This document shows, in pieces, positions 51,041 through 64,000 of a stretch of DNA of 64,000 nt. The position numbers and the translations under genes were made by a program. The notes under the pieces were generated by a model. It was not told the origin of the DNA. It did not search any database and saw only the letters and a list, made by a program, of their open reading frames with translations. This DNA is from Leucoraja ocellata (Eukaryota), in the NCBI GenBank assembly GCA_036785375.1, contig JAWMAR010001797.1, forward strand, positions 1 through 64,000, read 5' to 3'. Within the stretch, counting starts at the first letter, position 1; each line of letters begins with the position of its first letter.

Positions 51041-53419
51041 ATGGCGTACAAAAACCAAAAAACGAGGTTTGCCTGCAATGTGTTTGCGTGTATGTTACTG
51101 GTATGTGCACCGGATCTAATTACTGGGCAACTTCGCTATTCTATTCACGAAGAAATGGAAGAAGGCGCTATTGTCGGAAATATCGCTCTAGATCTGGGTC
51201 TGAACGTACCGCAATTGTCGGCTCGCAAATTGCGACTCAGCTCTGATGATGGAGGACGGTACATGAAGGTTGGTTCAGACAATGGGGTATTATCTATTCG
51301 TGAAAGAATCGACCGAGAACGTATTTGTAGGCATGCAGACGTGTGTACCATATATTTTAAAACAACTCTAGAAAATCCTTTGGAGGTGTACCGCGGGGAA
51401 GTAGAGATTCTCGATGTCAATGATAATCCTCCGAATTTCGGAGACGGAAGCATCGCCTTACAGATATCTGAAGCGATTGCACCCGGAGTACGTTTCCGTC
51501 TTGAGAGCTCGGAAGATCCCGATATTGGAATAAATACCGTCACCGCCTACACAATCAGTTCCAATGAGCACTTTAGTCTAAAAACGCATACAACAGAAGA
51601 TGGTATTATGGTAGCCGAGTTACTGTTAGAGAAATATTTAGACCGAGAAGTCCAATCATCATATCAACTCTTACTTACAGCGGTTGACGGTGGGATACCT
51701 CAGAGATCAGGCACAGCTCAGGTTCTCATTACTGTATTGGACAATAATGATAATCCACCAGTGTTCGACCATGATATTTACAGGAGCAGCTTAAGTGAGA
51801 ACGCTCGGCAAGGTGCCATTGTGATGAAAGTCAATGCAAATGACGCGGACGAAGGAATGAATGCGGAGCTCACGTACACTTTTAGTGATGTTGCTTTGCG
51901 AAGAGCGCGTAATTTGTTCAGTTTAGACCCAGATAGTGGGGAGATCCGTGTAGAAGGACCGCTGGATTATGAAAAAGCAACTAGTTATTCTCTAGATATT
52001 CAAGCTGTGGACCACGGTTCACCTGCAATTACTGGACACGCAAATGTGCTGATCAAAGTAATTGACGTGAACGACAACGCACCCGAGATTAAGGTGACAT
52101 CAGCTTCCAACAAAATTCCGGAAAATGCTCCACCAGGAACATTCATAACGTTCATTGATATTATTGACCGTGATTCTGGCGAGAACGGCCAATTCCGCTG
52201 CGAGATACCCAAGAACGTCCCCTTTAGAATAGAAACACCATCGAAATTGGTTACCAGTGAAACGTTGGACCGTGAGGAGATTTCTGAATATATATTAGTA
52301 ATTACGGCATGGGACTTGGGGTCGCCCTCACTGACATCTAATAAAACCATCCGAATTGCTATCACCGATGTAAACGACAACGCCCCGCGGTTTGCTGCAT
52401 CCTCCTACAATGTCTATGTGATGGAGAATAACGCTCCAGGTGCATCCATTTTCGCATTAACTGCACTAGATGATGATCAGGAGCAGAATGCCTATATTTC
52501 TTACTCTTTTGTGAACAATCACATCCAAAACCTGCCGGTATCCACTTACCTGACCATTAACCCAATAAACGGAACGATTTACGCGCTGCGTTCCTTTGAT
52601 TATGAGAATTTCAAAAACTTCCAAATCAAAGTACAAGCCCGTGACGCCGGGGTGCCTCCATTAAGCAGCCGCGCCACGGTGAATGTGATAATCCTGGATC
52701 AAAATGACAATGCGCCGGTTATTGTTTCACCTTCAGAAGAGAGTGGATCAGCAGCAGCGGAGGTCGTGCCCCAGTCAGCGCGTCAAGGTTACTTGGTTAC
52801 CACAATAATGGCAACCGATGCAGATTCTGGTCAGAACTCGCGGCTCTTTTACCAGATGACGAAATCTACCGATGCCACTTTGTTCAACGTTGGGCAAAAT
52901 TCCGGAGAAATCAGAACAGAGCGGAATATTTTGCAGTCCGATAATCCTTTACAAACTCTGGTCATCTTGGTGAAGGACAATGGGCAGCCAAGCCTGTCCA
53001 GTACTGTTACAATGAACATTCGAGTTTTGGAGAACAGTACTGAAGGAATCACCGAAAGCAGCACCTTGATGAAAAATCCAGAATATTTCGCTGATCCAAA
53101 TGTTTACTTAATCATCATTTTCAGTTGCACTTCCCTTGTCTTTCTTCTGATCATAGTTCTGTTGATTGGCATCAAGTGTAAACAGGACAGAAGTATTATC
53201 CAAGGGTACAACACCCCCAATTATTGTTACAATCGTGGAGACTTGCACGGCACGCTTAATGGAAGACCTATCATGGAGGAAACTTTACGCTATCCCGGGA
53301 CGGGCCGGGTGGTCCGCGTGCCGGAACCGCATCAATATTCGGTGTGCCTGTCTCCAGAGTCAGCGAAAAGTGATTTCCTCTTCTTGAAGCCATGCGGCGC
53401 TCCCACGTCTCAGGCCTAA
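51041..53419 (+). CDS. Clustered-type protocadherin unit 7, intact, 792 aa
   Basis: Uninterrupted ORF; sister of unit 4 (11 aa differences by manual count). Confidence 0.95.
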   Translation: MAYKNQKTRFACNVFACMLLVCAPDLITGQLRYSIHEEMEEGAIVGNIALDLGLNVPQLSARKLRLSSDDGGRYMKVGSDNGVLSIRERIDRERICRHADVCTIYFKTTLENPLEVYRGEVEILDVNDNPPNFGDGSIALQISEAIAPGVRFRLESSEDPDIGINTVTAYTISSNEHFSLKTHTTEDGIMVAELLLEKYLDREVQSSYQLLLTAVDGGIPQRSGTAQVLITVLDNNDNPPVFDHDIYRSSLSENARQGAIVMKVNANDADEGMNAELTYTFSDVALRRARNLFSLDPDSGEIRVEGPLDYEKATSYSLDIQAVDHGSPAITGHANVLIKVIDVNDNAPEIKVTSASNKIPENAPPGTFITFIDIIDRDSGENGQFRCEIPKNVPFRIETPSKLVTSETLDREEISEYILVITAWDLGSPSLTSNKTIRIAITDVNDNAPRFAASSYNVYVMENNAPGASIFALTALDDDQEQNAYISYSFVNNHIQNLPVSTYLTINPINGTIYALRSFDYENFKNFQIKVQARDAGVPPLSSRATVNVIILDQNDNAPVIVSPSEESGSAAAEVVPQSARQGYLVTTIMATDADSGQNSRLFYQMTKSTDATLFNVGQNSGEIRTERNILQSDNPLQTLVILVKDNGQPSLSSTVTMNIRVLENSTEGITESSTLMKNPEYFADPNVYLIIIFSCTSLVFLLIIVLLIGIKCKQDRSIIQGYNTPNYCYNRGDLHGTLNGRPIMEETLRYPGTGRVVRVPEPHQYSVCLSPESAKSDFLFLKPCGAPTSQA

Positions 53420-56400
53420 AGATGCGTAACCTCAAGTAAGACGCATCTTATTTGGGGCCATTTAATCTCAAGGAATGTGATTTCATTCGTGAATTAAATA
53501 TTTAAGATTATATTATTTGGTGCAATTTCGCTTTCGTTTATATTGTGCATTTGTTGCAATGGCAAAACATAATGTTTAGCAAATAAAATACACTCGTCTG
53601 AGTGGGAACTGTTAAGTACGACGGGATTCCTCTTACCTTTCATTGAACCACGTATAGAAATTCATTGCTACTAGATCAATTACGTTCAGGATCTTGAATC
53701 CATTCATATGGTTAAAGTAATAACATTTTAAAATTACGACCAAAATATTTGTCGTGTGCATATTCCATATCATGTCCAATGTAGAAAATAACTAAATAAA
53801 TAATGGAGATGACAATAATTTCAATATTTGATGCACGTGAAACAGATGAGAGTGTGGATGCTAATATCTTGTGCAAAAAAATGAACAAGCTTCTGGGGTC
53901 AGTAGACATCTGCGGAAGGATATGGACGGATAACGCATTGGGTTGGGGCAATGTCTCAAGCGTGAAGTACAGAAGGTGTAGCTGGTAGAAATAAATAGGT
54001 GCATTGAAGTGGCGTGCTAAGAGTTGGCAAGTTGATGCCAGGTAAGGAAGGGTTGATAGTCAGATGGGGAAGGCGCAGAACGACGGGTGGGAATGGCGAC
54101 TTAGACTGGAATGAATACGTGGAAAAGAAGAATCAGGTGGAATCTAATAAGAAAGGAAATTGAGGAATGAAATGCAGAAGGAGAGGAAGGGATAGTGGAT
54201 GGGAAGGAACAATTGAGAGGGTGGGAGATAATGATCCCAAAGGGTGTAGGGGAGGGTGAGAAGCAGAAGGATGAGGCGGAGGATCAGAAAGGAGCTGTGG
54301 CGGATAGGTGCAGAGTGGAAAAAGTGATGTGCGTTGGAGGCCATGTAGATCAGCAGTAGAGAGGGTGGATTTGAGGTAACATGTAAATGGAAAATGGGAT
54401 GTCTATTCCGTTGGCTTGGAGCTATGAAATCGGAATATGGGATGCTTGTATTTCAGTTTGAATACCGCCCCCCCCCCCCCCTTCTGATAATGGAGAAAGC
54501 TGAGGACAGGGAGTTATGTATTACAATGGGCTTTAATTGAAGTTGTATTCGGAAACCCCAACTGACCCTGGTGGACAAAGTGCAAGTACTTGCCGAAGTG
54601 GTCGTTTCAACTACAATTCGTCTCCCGGTGTAGATTAGGCCACGTGAGGAGCACTAAATGTATTCAAGAAGCTGTAAGAGGTGTATGCAACCCTCTACCT
54701 GACTTTGAATGGCTGTTTAGACCCCTCTGGATTTGAAGGAGAAGTACAGGAGCAGGTGGTGTACATCTCGAATTTGCACGGGAAACTGCCTGGTGAAGGG
54801 TGGTGTAGGTTTTCAGAGATGTGTCGTGGAGGGACTGACCTTCTGCAGCGAGTCGCGGAGGTACTGACCTTCTGCAGAAAGCAAAATCGGGTGGAGAAAA
54901 GAAGATGTGGCTGGTGGCTTGATTGATTTGGAGTTGGCAAAAATATTTGTGAATAATATATTGGATTGAAAATTACTTGAGAAAACTCAAATGAAAAGCT
55001 GTTGGCCGTCCAGGCAGAGGAGGGGCACAGTTGAGGTGACCTGTTTAGAGCCTCTGTTCCAGGAAGAAAATGGGAGCTCTGAGGCTTTCTTAATGGGGAA
55101 TGGAAGTGACGACAGACTGGACGTCCATGATATGATTTGGACCGTGGGGCCAAAAATGCTGAAATGCATCTCAGATGTCTTAAAATGTTGATGATGAGGG
55201 ACAAGAATCATGGGCAAGATGGAGTCGAAGTAGATAAATATGAGCTCACTAACACGCGAATATAAAAAGAGAATGGGCCTAGCCGGGGTCTCCTGTTTGT
55301 ATATCTTGAGTAGGAAAAAACCTTTATGTTGATACGATGTTGGAGCATAATTAGGCCATTCGGCCTATCAAGTCTACGGCGTCATTCAAACATGACTGAT
55401 CTATATTTCCCTCTCAAACCCATTCTCCACCCTTCTCCCTATGACACCCTTACTAATCAAGAACTTATCAATCTCCACCTTAAGAATATCCATTGATTTG
55501 GCCTCCACTGCCGTCAGTGGCAATGAATTCCACAATGGGGTGGTAGATTGCAACCTTCACGTCGTCCGCCCTGTTTCGACTAATGCAATCAACTCGGCGT
55601 GCACAAACCGAAGATCAAATAGAACACGTTGTCCAACAACTTTAGGCTGTGCACGCCACACCAACGAAGAAGTATTCCACAATGAACGCTCTGACTAAAG
55701 GAATTCCTCCGTTTCTCCTTTTATTCTGAGGCTATGGCCTCTGGCACTTGCCTCTCTCACTAGTGGAAGTAACCACTCTATCCAGACCATTCACTATTCG
55801 GTAAATTCCCCCCTCGCCTTTCTAAACTCTAGTGTGTACAAGCCCAGTGCCGCCAAACGCTCATCGTATGTTAACCCAATCATTTGTGGATCATTCTCGT
55901 AAACCTCGTCCCTATCACCTCGAACGCCATCACGTCATTCCTCGGATATGGGGCCAACAATTGCACACATTATTCCAAATACGGTCTGACCAGTGCCTTA
56001 TAAAGCCACAGCATTACATCCCTATCTTTGTATTCTAGACCTATCAATAAATGCAAACATCGCATTCACCTTCCTTACTACCAATTCGACTTGCAAATTA
56101 ACTTTTAGGGAAGCTTTTAGTGTTGGTGCTCTCAAGTCCCTTAGAGCACCGATTGCTGAATTCCTGGAGCCACTCGGCATCTCGGGCAGCACATGTGGAC
56201 ACATTATACAGTTTTTGTTTCCAATGCGGGTCCATTCATAAGTACCGATAGACGAGAAAACGAGTTAGCTCTGAAAGAACTGAACCTCTGATGCTATGAG
56301 GCCAAAACGAGTGAACGTTGCAGTCGGTTTACCTGTTAGGATAACGTTGCGCCCGTTTGCTTTCCGTCCTCCATTTGTGACCATATTCCATGGAATTGTT

Positions 56401-56683
56401 CCTGCTCCCTCCCTGGCTTCATCACACCCTTCCTATGGCCTGTTGACCAGAACTGTGCACAATACTTCAAATGTGGCCGAAGCAATCTTTTGTTCAACGG
56501 TAATACATCTCATTACTTTTACTCAGTCCATAAGTTATTGAATGCAATCATTTGACTTCTTTACCACCCTGTTTCCCTGTGATCCCATTTTCAAAGAACT
56601 GCTTTCCAGTAGCCATAATATCTCTCTGACCATCAAACTCAAAGTCATTTACGTTCACTGGATGTGGCCTATCCCGCAGGGCT

Positions 56684-58340
56684 CATATAACCATATAACC
56701 ATATAACAATTACAGCACGGAAACAGGCCATCTCGGCCCTACAAGTCCGTGCCGAACAACTTTTTTCCCTTAGTCCCACCTGCCTGCACTCATACCATAA
56801 CCCTCCATTCCCTTCTCATCCATATGCCTATCCAATTTATTTTTAAATGACACCAACGAACCTGCCTCCACCACTTCCACTGGAAGCTCATTCCACACCG
56901 CTATCACTCTCTAAGTAAAGAAGTTCCCCCTCATGTTACCCCTAAACTTCTGTCCCTTAATTCTGAAGTCATGTCCTCTTGTTTGAATCTTCCCTATTCT
57001 CAAATGGAAAAGCTGATCCACATCAACTCTGTCTATCCCTCTCATCATTTTAAATACCTCTATCAAGTCCCCCCTTAACCTTCTGCGCTCCAGGGAATAA
57101 AGAGACCTAACTTATTCAACCTTTCTCTATAACTTAGTTGTTGAAACCCAGACAACATTCTAGTAAATCTCCTCTGTACTCTCTCTATTTTGTTGACATC
57201 CTTACTATAATTGGGCGACCAAAATTGTACACCATACTCCAGATTTGGTCTCACCAATGCCTTGTACAATATTAACATTACATCTCAGCTTCTGTACTCA
57301 ATGCTCTGATTTATAAAGGCTAGCATACCAAAAGCTTTCTTTACCACCCTATCTATATGAGATTCCACCTTCAAGGAACTAGGGACGGTTATTCCCAGAT
57401 CCCTCTGTTCAACTGTATTCTTCAATTCCCTACCATTTACCATGTACGTCCTATTTTGATTTGTCCTGCCAAGGTGTAGCACCTCACATTTATCAGCATT
57501 AAACTCCATCTGCCAACTTTCAGCCCATTCTTCCAAATGGCCTAAATCACTCTGTAGACTTTGGAAATCCTCCTCATTATCCACAACACCCCCTATCTTG
57601 GTATCATGTGCATACTTACTAATCCAATTTACCACACCTTCATCCAGATCACTGATGTACATGACAAACAACAAAGGACCCAACACCGATCCCTGAGGCA
57701 CCCCACTAGTCACCTGCCTCCAACCCGACAAACAACCATCCACCATTGCCCTCTGGCTTTTCCCATTCAGCCACTGTTGCTACCCATCTTGCTACTCCTG
57801 CATTTATACCCAACAGTTGAACCTTCTTAACCAACATTCCATGAGGAACCTTGTCAAAGTCATGTAAAGTCCATATAGACAACATTCACTGCTTTACCCT
57901 CGTCAATTTCCCTAGTAACCATTTCAAAAAATTCAACAAGATTAGTCAAACATGACCTTCCAGGCACAAATCCATGCTGACTGTTCCTAATCAGACCCTG
58001 TTTATCCAGATGCTTATATATATTATCTCTAAGTATCTTTTCCATTAATTTGCCCACCACTGAAGTCAAAGCCTATAATTGCTAGGTTTACTCTTAGAAC
58101 CCTTTTTAAACAATGGAACAACATGCGCAGTACGCCAATCCTCGGGGACTATTTCCGTTTCTAATGACATTTGAAATATTTCTGTCATAGCCCCGGCTAT
58201 TTCTACACTAACTTCCCTCAATGTCCTAGGGAATATCCTGTCAGGACCTGGAGATTTATCCATTTTTATATTTTTCAAAAGTGTCAGTACTTGTTTTACT
58301 TTGAAACTCATAGTATCCATAGCTACCCTACTAGTTTCCA
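56684..58340 (-). mobile_element. 5'-truncated CR1 LINE, decayed (sister site of 28285-29855)
   Basis: ORF pieces 57075-57278, 57285-57746, 57860-58069 and 58066-58383 carry CR1 RT motifs; (CCATATAA)n tail. Confidence 0.9.
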
Positions 58341-60204
58341 TTCTCATAAATGAGAAACATTTTGCGATGCACCTAAGAACCAATGAAACATAAACCTATC
58401 CTCAGTGCTACCTCTGCCGCTGCACATAGGTATTTGATCTTAACCTTTGAGAGATATTCATATTTTCTATCCTCCGCTCCCCGACGTAAACAAACTTACC
58501 TTCAACTTTCCTAGCTCTGATGAAGCGTCCCAAAGCTGTTACGTTAATCGTTTAGCTTTCCTCAGTTAATTAACGGCCAGATGAGGCTTTGATGCCTTTT
58601 ATGTTAGTGGTTTATAGAGACGAGATTTCATAGTTGGGTCAAATGAGTTGACGTAATTGTATATCGCTCTGCAGCCGAAATTATTAAGAAAAAAAAGAAG
58701 CCACATTTGGCAATATAACATACCATTAAAAAATAATAATTCGGCATTTAAAAGCTAACTGGCTCATCTCCAGAATTATGTTAATACAAAGATTTCCGAA
58801 TCACACTTTGCTTTGATTTTATTCCTTATATTATTTCCTAATTGTTCATGTTTACTTGTACTGATTTCGCACGTATTGTTACAATTAATATTCCTTGTCT
58901 TAGAATTTGATATTTGCTAGGTTCGCGTGACACAATCATTAATAACCATATCTGCAGATAGGAAATAAAAAATCCCAAATTCAAAGTAGCAAGAAAATTG
59001 GTATCCAATCAGTATGTGACCACTGTGGCTTCGGAAATCCTCCGTAAATTTCCATTCAGTGGAGTTCCTGACGAATGGGTGCTTTACGCTGAACATGCTA
59101 TCTGCCAGGATGTAAAAATCTTGCCCACTTCACCACTATAATCTTCCGTAGAATGAATGTGCGGATATTTTAACAGATCAGACGTAGACCAGGCAGTCTT
59201 GTCGACGATATAGTACAAGAGACGATGGAGTAAAGCACAAATAAGATATAGCAGGAAAGAGCTGTGAAACAGCATCAAAGGTGAAGTGCGTAAAATGAGC
59301 TAGGCGCATCAGTATTATTGCGGGAATTAAAATAGTAGAATAACGGAAGCAGCTCGCGTCTGGCCTAACGCATTGAAGGCCTTCAATTTTATGCCAAAGG
59401 ATAAAATCTTGCTGCGTTTCGATTTGCAATTAATTTATTTTGACATTAATTGCTCCCTTCCTGGGATATCAATTCTAATGCTTCTGTCGATAATGACATG
59501 TAAAATCCCAGCTACGAAATTACGAATGGCGTTTATTGTAAAGCTTAAATTTAGGCGACAGGTTTGGTAACTAGAAATATTTTTTCTCGAAGGATAAAGA
59601 AAGATTAATAAAGAAAGCTCCATGGATCAATGCGTCATTGAGTCCCTTATGTGGTGATTGCACGGTGAATGTGTGGAAGGAAAGCACAATGAAACAGCGA
59701 TTCACAAATTAAAGAGGACTTCAGAAATTCACCAACTCTTCCGCGTCCCAGCACGCACCGATACCTAAATTCGTTGCTTCCCATAATATCGGTCTGATTT
59801 CCTGGATTATAATGCGCGCAGTAATGCAGACACATCTGACAGAAGCAATCCAAATATACAATTTTTCTAAATTTTATGTGACGGTAGGAAAAGCACCTGA
59901 TAATAACTTCTTGATTTCGAGTTCTCGATTCTCTTATGCGCGAACTCTTTACTTGAAAGGCAAAATCGCTTAATCAGCTGGTGACATTGAAAGCGTTAAA
60001 AAAATCACTAACTCGCTTTAATCTCCTAAAATTAACACAAAAATGATAAAGAATATCTACTTAAACAAGGTCTCTCTTGCTTAATTTGTTGGTATGGGAA
60101 CACTGGACTGCAATAGACCACAAAGTGTTAATGGAATTCAGCCGGCCAGCTCGCATCCTCCAGCACTTTGTGTTTAGTTCTAGATTCCAACTACTGCAAT
60201 TAAG

Positions 60205-60748
60205 TTAGGTTAGGTGCAGCGAGACCTGGGCGTCCTTGTACACCGGTCACTGAAAGTTGGCTTACACGTACAACAGGCAATGAAGAGACCTAATGGAATA
60301 TGAGGAAAGATTGAAAAGACTAGGCTTGTATTCACTGGAGTTTAGAAGGATGAGGGGGTAACCTTATAGAAACATATAAAATTATAAAAGGACTGGGAAA
60401 GCTGGATGCAGGAAAAATGTTCCCAATGTTGGGCGAGTCCACAACTAGGGGCCACAGTCTTATAATTAAGGGGAGGTCATTTAAGACTGAGGTGAGAAAA
60501 AACATTTTCACCCAGAGAGTTGTGAATTTATGGAATTCCCTACCACAGAGGGCAGTGGAGGCCAAATCACTGGATGGATTTAAGAGAGAGCTAGATAGAG
60601 CTCTAGGGGCTAGTGGAGTCAAGGGATATGGGGAGAAGGCAGCACGGGTTATTGATAGGGGACGATCAGCCCTGATAACAATAAATGGCGATGCTGGCTC
60701 GAAGGGCCGAATGGCCTCGACCTGCACCTATGCTGTATGTTTCTATGC
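60205..60748 (+). mobile_element. CR1 3' fragments
   Basis: Duplicate of 31715-32281. Confidence 0.85.
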
Positions 60749-60752
60749 AGTT

Positions 60753-61005
60753 GGGTGAAACATTCTGGACAAAATAACAACGCGCCTGTAATAGTTTCAC
60801 CCTCGGACCAGGGTGGATCAGCAGCACTGGAGGTCGTAACCCAGTCAGCGGGTTCAGGGTTACCTGATCACCAAAATAATCGCATAGATGCCGATTCTGG
60901 TCAGACATTTCGGATCTTTTTTTTTATCAGAAGGTGAAATCTATCGATCCCAGTTTTTTTCAACGTTGGGCAAAATTCCGGTAAAAGTCAAACAACGCGC
61001 AATAC
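60753..61005 (+). pseudogene. Isolated decayed Pcdh EC5/EC6 fragment
   Basis: Duplicate of 32286-32535 (NNAPVIVSPSDQGGSAALEVVTQSAG). Confidence 0.8.
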
Positions 61006-62719
61006 TCTGATCTTCTAGTTTTCCCCTCGATAACGTAAACCCGCATAACCTGGCAACGTTTTTGGGTGTCTGGCCTGCTCCCTCTCAGGCGTGACCAAAC
61101 TATTTCTGTAAGATGATGACTAGCTGTGTAAACAATAATTCAAATCCAGCCAAATCTATGCTTTGTGCATCAGTAACACTTCTCAGCTCTTTCATCAAGT
61201 ACCGCTGCCGATGAAGCCGACCATGTCCATTACCTTCTTTGCAACCCTGTCTATTTATGCTCCCATGTTTAAAGACCAAATCTAGTTTACCCCAATTCGC
61301 TGTCCGTTTATTACCATGAACATATCAATTTCCCTTGTTATTAATCATGTACCACAGAAGCAGTGAAGCATTTTGTGTCCTAAGATCCGCTCCGACGAGT
61401 TTATATATTTATCTGGTGGTGGCCTTTGAGAGATTCCTATTTTCTCTCCTTTACTTCCCCATCCTCACACCTACTGAAAAACAGTCTATTTCCATTCTTG
61501 TTGTCACCTCTAGTTTTTCGTGTTCATTCGGAATGTTTGTAAGTTTTATTACAATTACTCGGTTGATATTGATTTGATTACAATTTGATTTTTGCTAGTT
61601 TCGCATGGTTCAGTCAATGGAAATAGATTGTGTGGTTATGGAATATAAAACGTGAAACCCAGCTAACTGAAGAAAGACGCATAATTGACACCCAATTAGT
61701 CTATTGTGTCATCAGAAATCTTCAGAAAATGTTCAATGAGTGATGAACATGACAAAAGCATTCATTTTGATTAAGATTCTTTCCACGACATTAAGAACTT
61801 GTCCCTCTCAAACGTTGCTCGGATCATGCACGATGTTGATCGTCCACTGCAAACTCCAGCAGCAGAATTGAAATAAGAATTTAAAAAATATATATATCCT
61901 GCGGTGATACACATAACGATAACTATTTTCCATGCTTCCCACAATATCTGTCGGGTTTTGTGCTTGTGAAACTGATGCAGGGAAGATTTACATTTTACCA
62001 TTACCTTACAATACCCTGCGTGACGTGTTGGGTCGAGACTGGAGAAGAGTCTCGATCCGAAACGTCATACATTCCTTCTCTCCAGAGATGTTGCCTGTCC
62101 CGCTGAGTTTCTCCAGCTTTTTGTGTCTATCTTCGGATTAAACCGGCATCTGCTGTTCATCCTTACACCTCACAATGTTTATGCATGCACGTGTCAATAA
62201 ACCCGGCTTGATTGGACGTGACGATGCATTTCACCAACAATCATTCCCTTTATAGAGGTATTTGGTTCAGCAATTAGCCAATCGAAAGCATTGTGTTCAC
62301 GAACATCTTCTCCGCTATCTGGAAAGTGATAATTAAATTATGATTATGTCCTATGATCGCTAAAGAGGTCAACTTTGCTTTAAAATTATTTTCGTTGGAA
62401 TGGGCATAATCATATCAAAGGAAATTATGCAGTCGTTATATGAATATATTTTCTTACTGCCCGGATGAGCGATTATAAGAGTTCCAACAACTGTAAACAA
62501 AGACGATATATCCGATAATCTATTTATGGAGCAAGGAACATTTGTTGGGAATATCGCTGTGCATTCTAACAGACGGACATAATGTTTTAGTAATAACCTT
62601 ATCCGGATGTGCCTGATGTGATATTCGAAGTTAAACGTAAAACAAAGCTCCTTCTTCAAACGTTTATTTATTTAGGGCATTTTATGGTTGCACACAATTA
62701 AATGTGCAGGAGAGCGGTA

Positions 62720-62818
62720 CAGCTTTAAGAATTGTAGCTGCAGTTGTTGAAAAGAACTGGTCGTGTCGCTGTCTACCAATGAGAAGCTCGAGTACGCAGA
62801 TGGATCCATTGCCCCTCC
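62720..62818 (+). promoter_or_regulatory. Pcdh promoter CSE block
   Basis: CGCT at 62767, 260 bp before the ATG at 63027. Confidence 0.85.
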
Positions 62819-63026
62819 CACATCTCCAGAATAAAAACGCCAGACGCGACGACAGAGACCAGCTGTGCCTGCGTTTCCATTGCCGAAACAAGCTGAGCAG
62901 GATAGATTTGCCGTCTGTTTAGATTGGGGATTGGAAATATATAAGATTTTGTATCTGGTGCGTGGAACATTTGCACGGATTAACCGAGGAGAGGCCTAGT
63001 CTTGGACTTTGACGGGGCGCGGAACA

Positions 63027-64000
63027 ATGGCGTTTCTATCGAGGTTTGCTTTCACTGTGTTTGCTTGCATATTTGCGATATGTCGACCTGGTCTTATCTC
63101 CGGGCAAATTCGCTATTCTATTCCCGAGGAAATGGAGCAAGGTGCATTTGTTGGGAATATCGCTGTGGATTTGAGCCTGAGTGTACATCAATTATCAGCT
63201 CGCAAATTCCGACTGAGCTCCGATGACGGAGGGCGATACATGAAGGTTAGTTTGGACAATGGAATCATGAGTATTCGTGAAAGAATCGACCGGGAACGTA
63301 TTTGTGGACAGAATGATCAATGTACTATACGTTTCGAAACAATACTGGAAAACCCTTTGGAGGTGTATGAAGGGGAATTGGAGATTCTTGACGTAAATGA
63401 CAATTCCCCCACTTTCCCGCAGAGGGGCATTGCTTTGCAGATGTCAGAAGCGAGTGCACCCGGTGCACGTTTCCGACTCGAGGGCGCGGATGATCCGGAC
63501 ATTGGTACAAATACCGTGGCCGCTTACACAATCGGTTCGAGTGATCACTTTAGCCTAAGAACACAGAAAACCGAGAGCGGCATTATAATTGTCGAATTGC
63601 TCTTGGAGAAATATTTGGACCGAGAACTACAATCATCATTTCAACTCTTGCTTACGGCGACTGACGGCGGAACCCCTCAGAGATCAGCCACAGCTCAGAT
63701 TCTCATTACTGTATTCGATAACAATGATAATCCACCTGTGTTCGATCATGATATTTACAGAGGTAGTGTAAGTGAGAACGCGCCGCGGGGTACGTTGGTG
63801 CTGAAAGTCAAAGCAATTGATTTGGATGAAGGACTGAATGCGGACCTGACATATCGTTTTAGTGATGTTGCTTTGCGAAGAGCGCAAAATGTATTCAGTT
63901 TGGAACCAGGCACCGGGGAGATTCGAGTCCAACAGCCACTAGATTTTGAAGAAGTAAACAGCTATTCTCTCGATATTCAAGCCCAGGACCACGGTTCCCC
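63027..64000 (+). CDS. Clustered-type protocadherin unit 8, 5' part (EC1-EC3), truncated by the window end
   Basis: MAFLSRFAFTVFACIFAICRPGLISGQIRYSIPEEMEQG…; colinear with unit 5 with no indel seen up to 64000. Confidence 0.9.
   Translation, partial: MAFLSRFAFTVFACIFAICRPGLISGQIRYSIPEEMEQGAFVGNIAVDLSLSVHQLSARKFRLSSDDGGRYMKVSLDNGIMSIRERIDRERICGQNDQCTIRFETILENPLEVYEGELEILDVNDNSPTFPQRGIALQMSEASAPGARFRLEGADDPDIGTNTVAAYTIGSSDHFSLRTQKTESGIIIVELLLEKYLDRELQSSFQLLLTATDGGTPQRSATAQILITVFDNNDNPPVFDHDIYRGSVSENAPRGTLVLKVKAIDLDEGLNADLTYRFSDVALRRAQNVFSLEPGTGEIRVQQPLDFEEVNSYSLDIQAQDHGS

Larger units (their letters stand above)
39141..64000 (+). repeat. Segmental tandem duplication, copy 2 (runs off the window)
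   Basis: Colinear with 14106 onward; gene pairs 15580/40619, 20927/51041 and 34559/63027. Confidence 0.9.

Overview
Eukaryotic vertebrate genomic DNA. The repeat content (V-SINEs, CR1 LINEs with short tandem tails, Penelope-like remnants) suggests a cartilaginous fish, probably a skate or ray; this is inference. The window is part of a tandem clustered-protocadherin (Pcdh) array. Eight same-strand, intronless ~2.4-kb units (signal peptide, six cadherin repeats, TM, short tail) start at 2946, 9983, 15580, 20927, 34559, 40619, 51041 and 63027. Three are intact (20927, 40619, 51041), one is open to the window edge, three carry frameshifts (many look like homopolymer sequencing errors) and one has a ~275-bp deletion. 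Each unit has a ~99-bp conserved promoter with a CGCT (CSE) core ~260 bp upstream of the ATG. All seven complete units end in their own stop codon and six have a conserved AATAAA after it. 14106-39140 is tandemly duplicated as 39141->64000, and the copies differ by young insertions: a CR1 and a tRNA-SINE in copy 1, and a ~5.1-kb two-gene PIF/Harbinger transposon in copy 2 (intact transposase plus a 7-exon Myb/SANT gene reconstructed here). Other highlights are a decayed ZFP36/TIS11-family sequence bracketed by 20-bp inverted repeats, and divergence between sister Pcdh duplicates concentrated in EC2-EC3.
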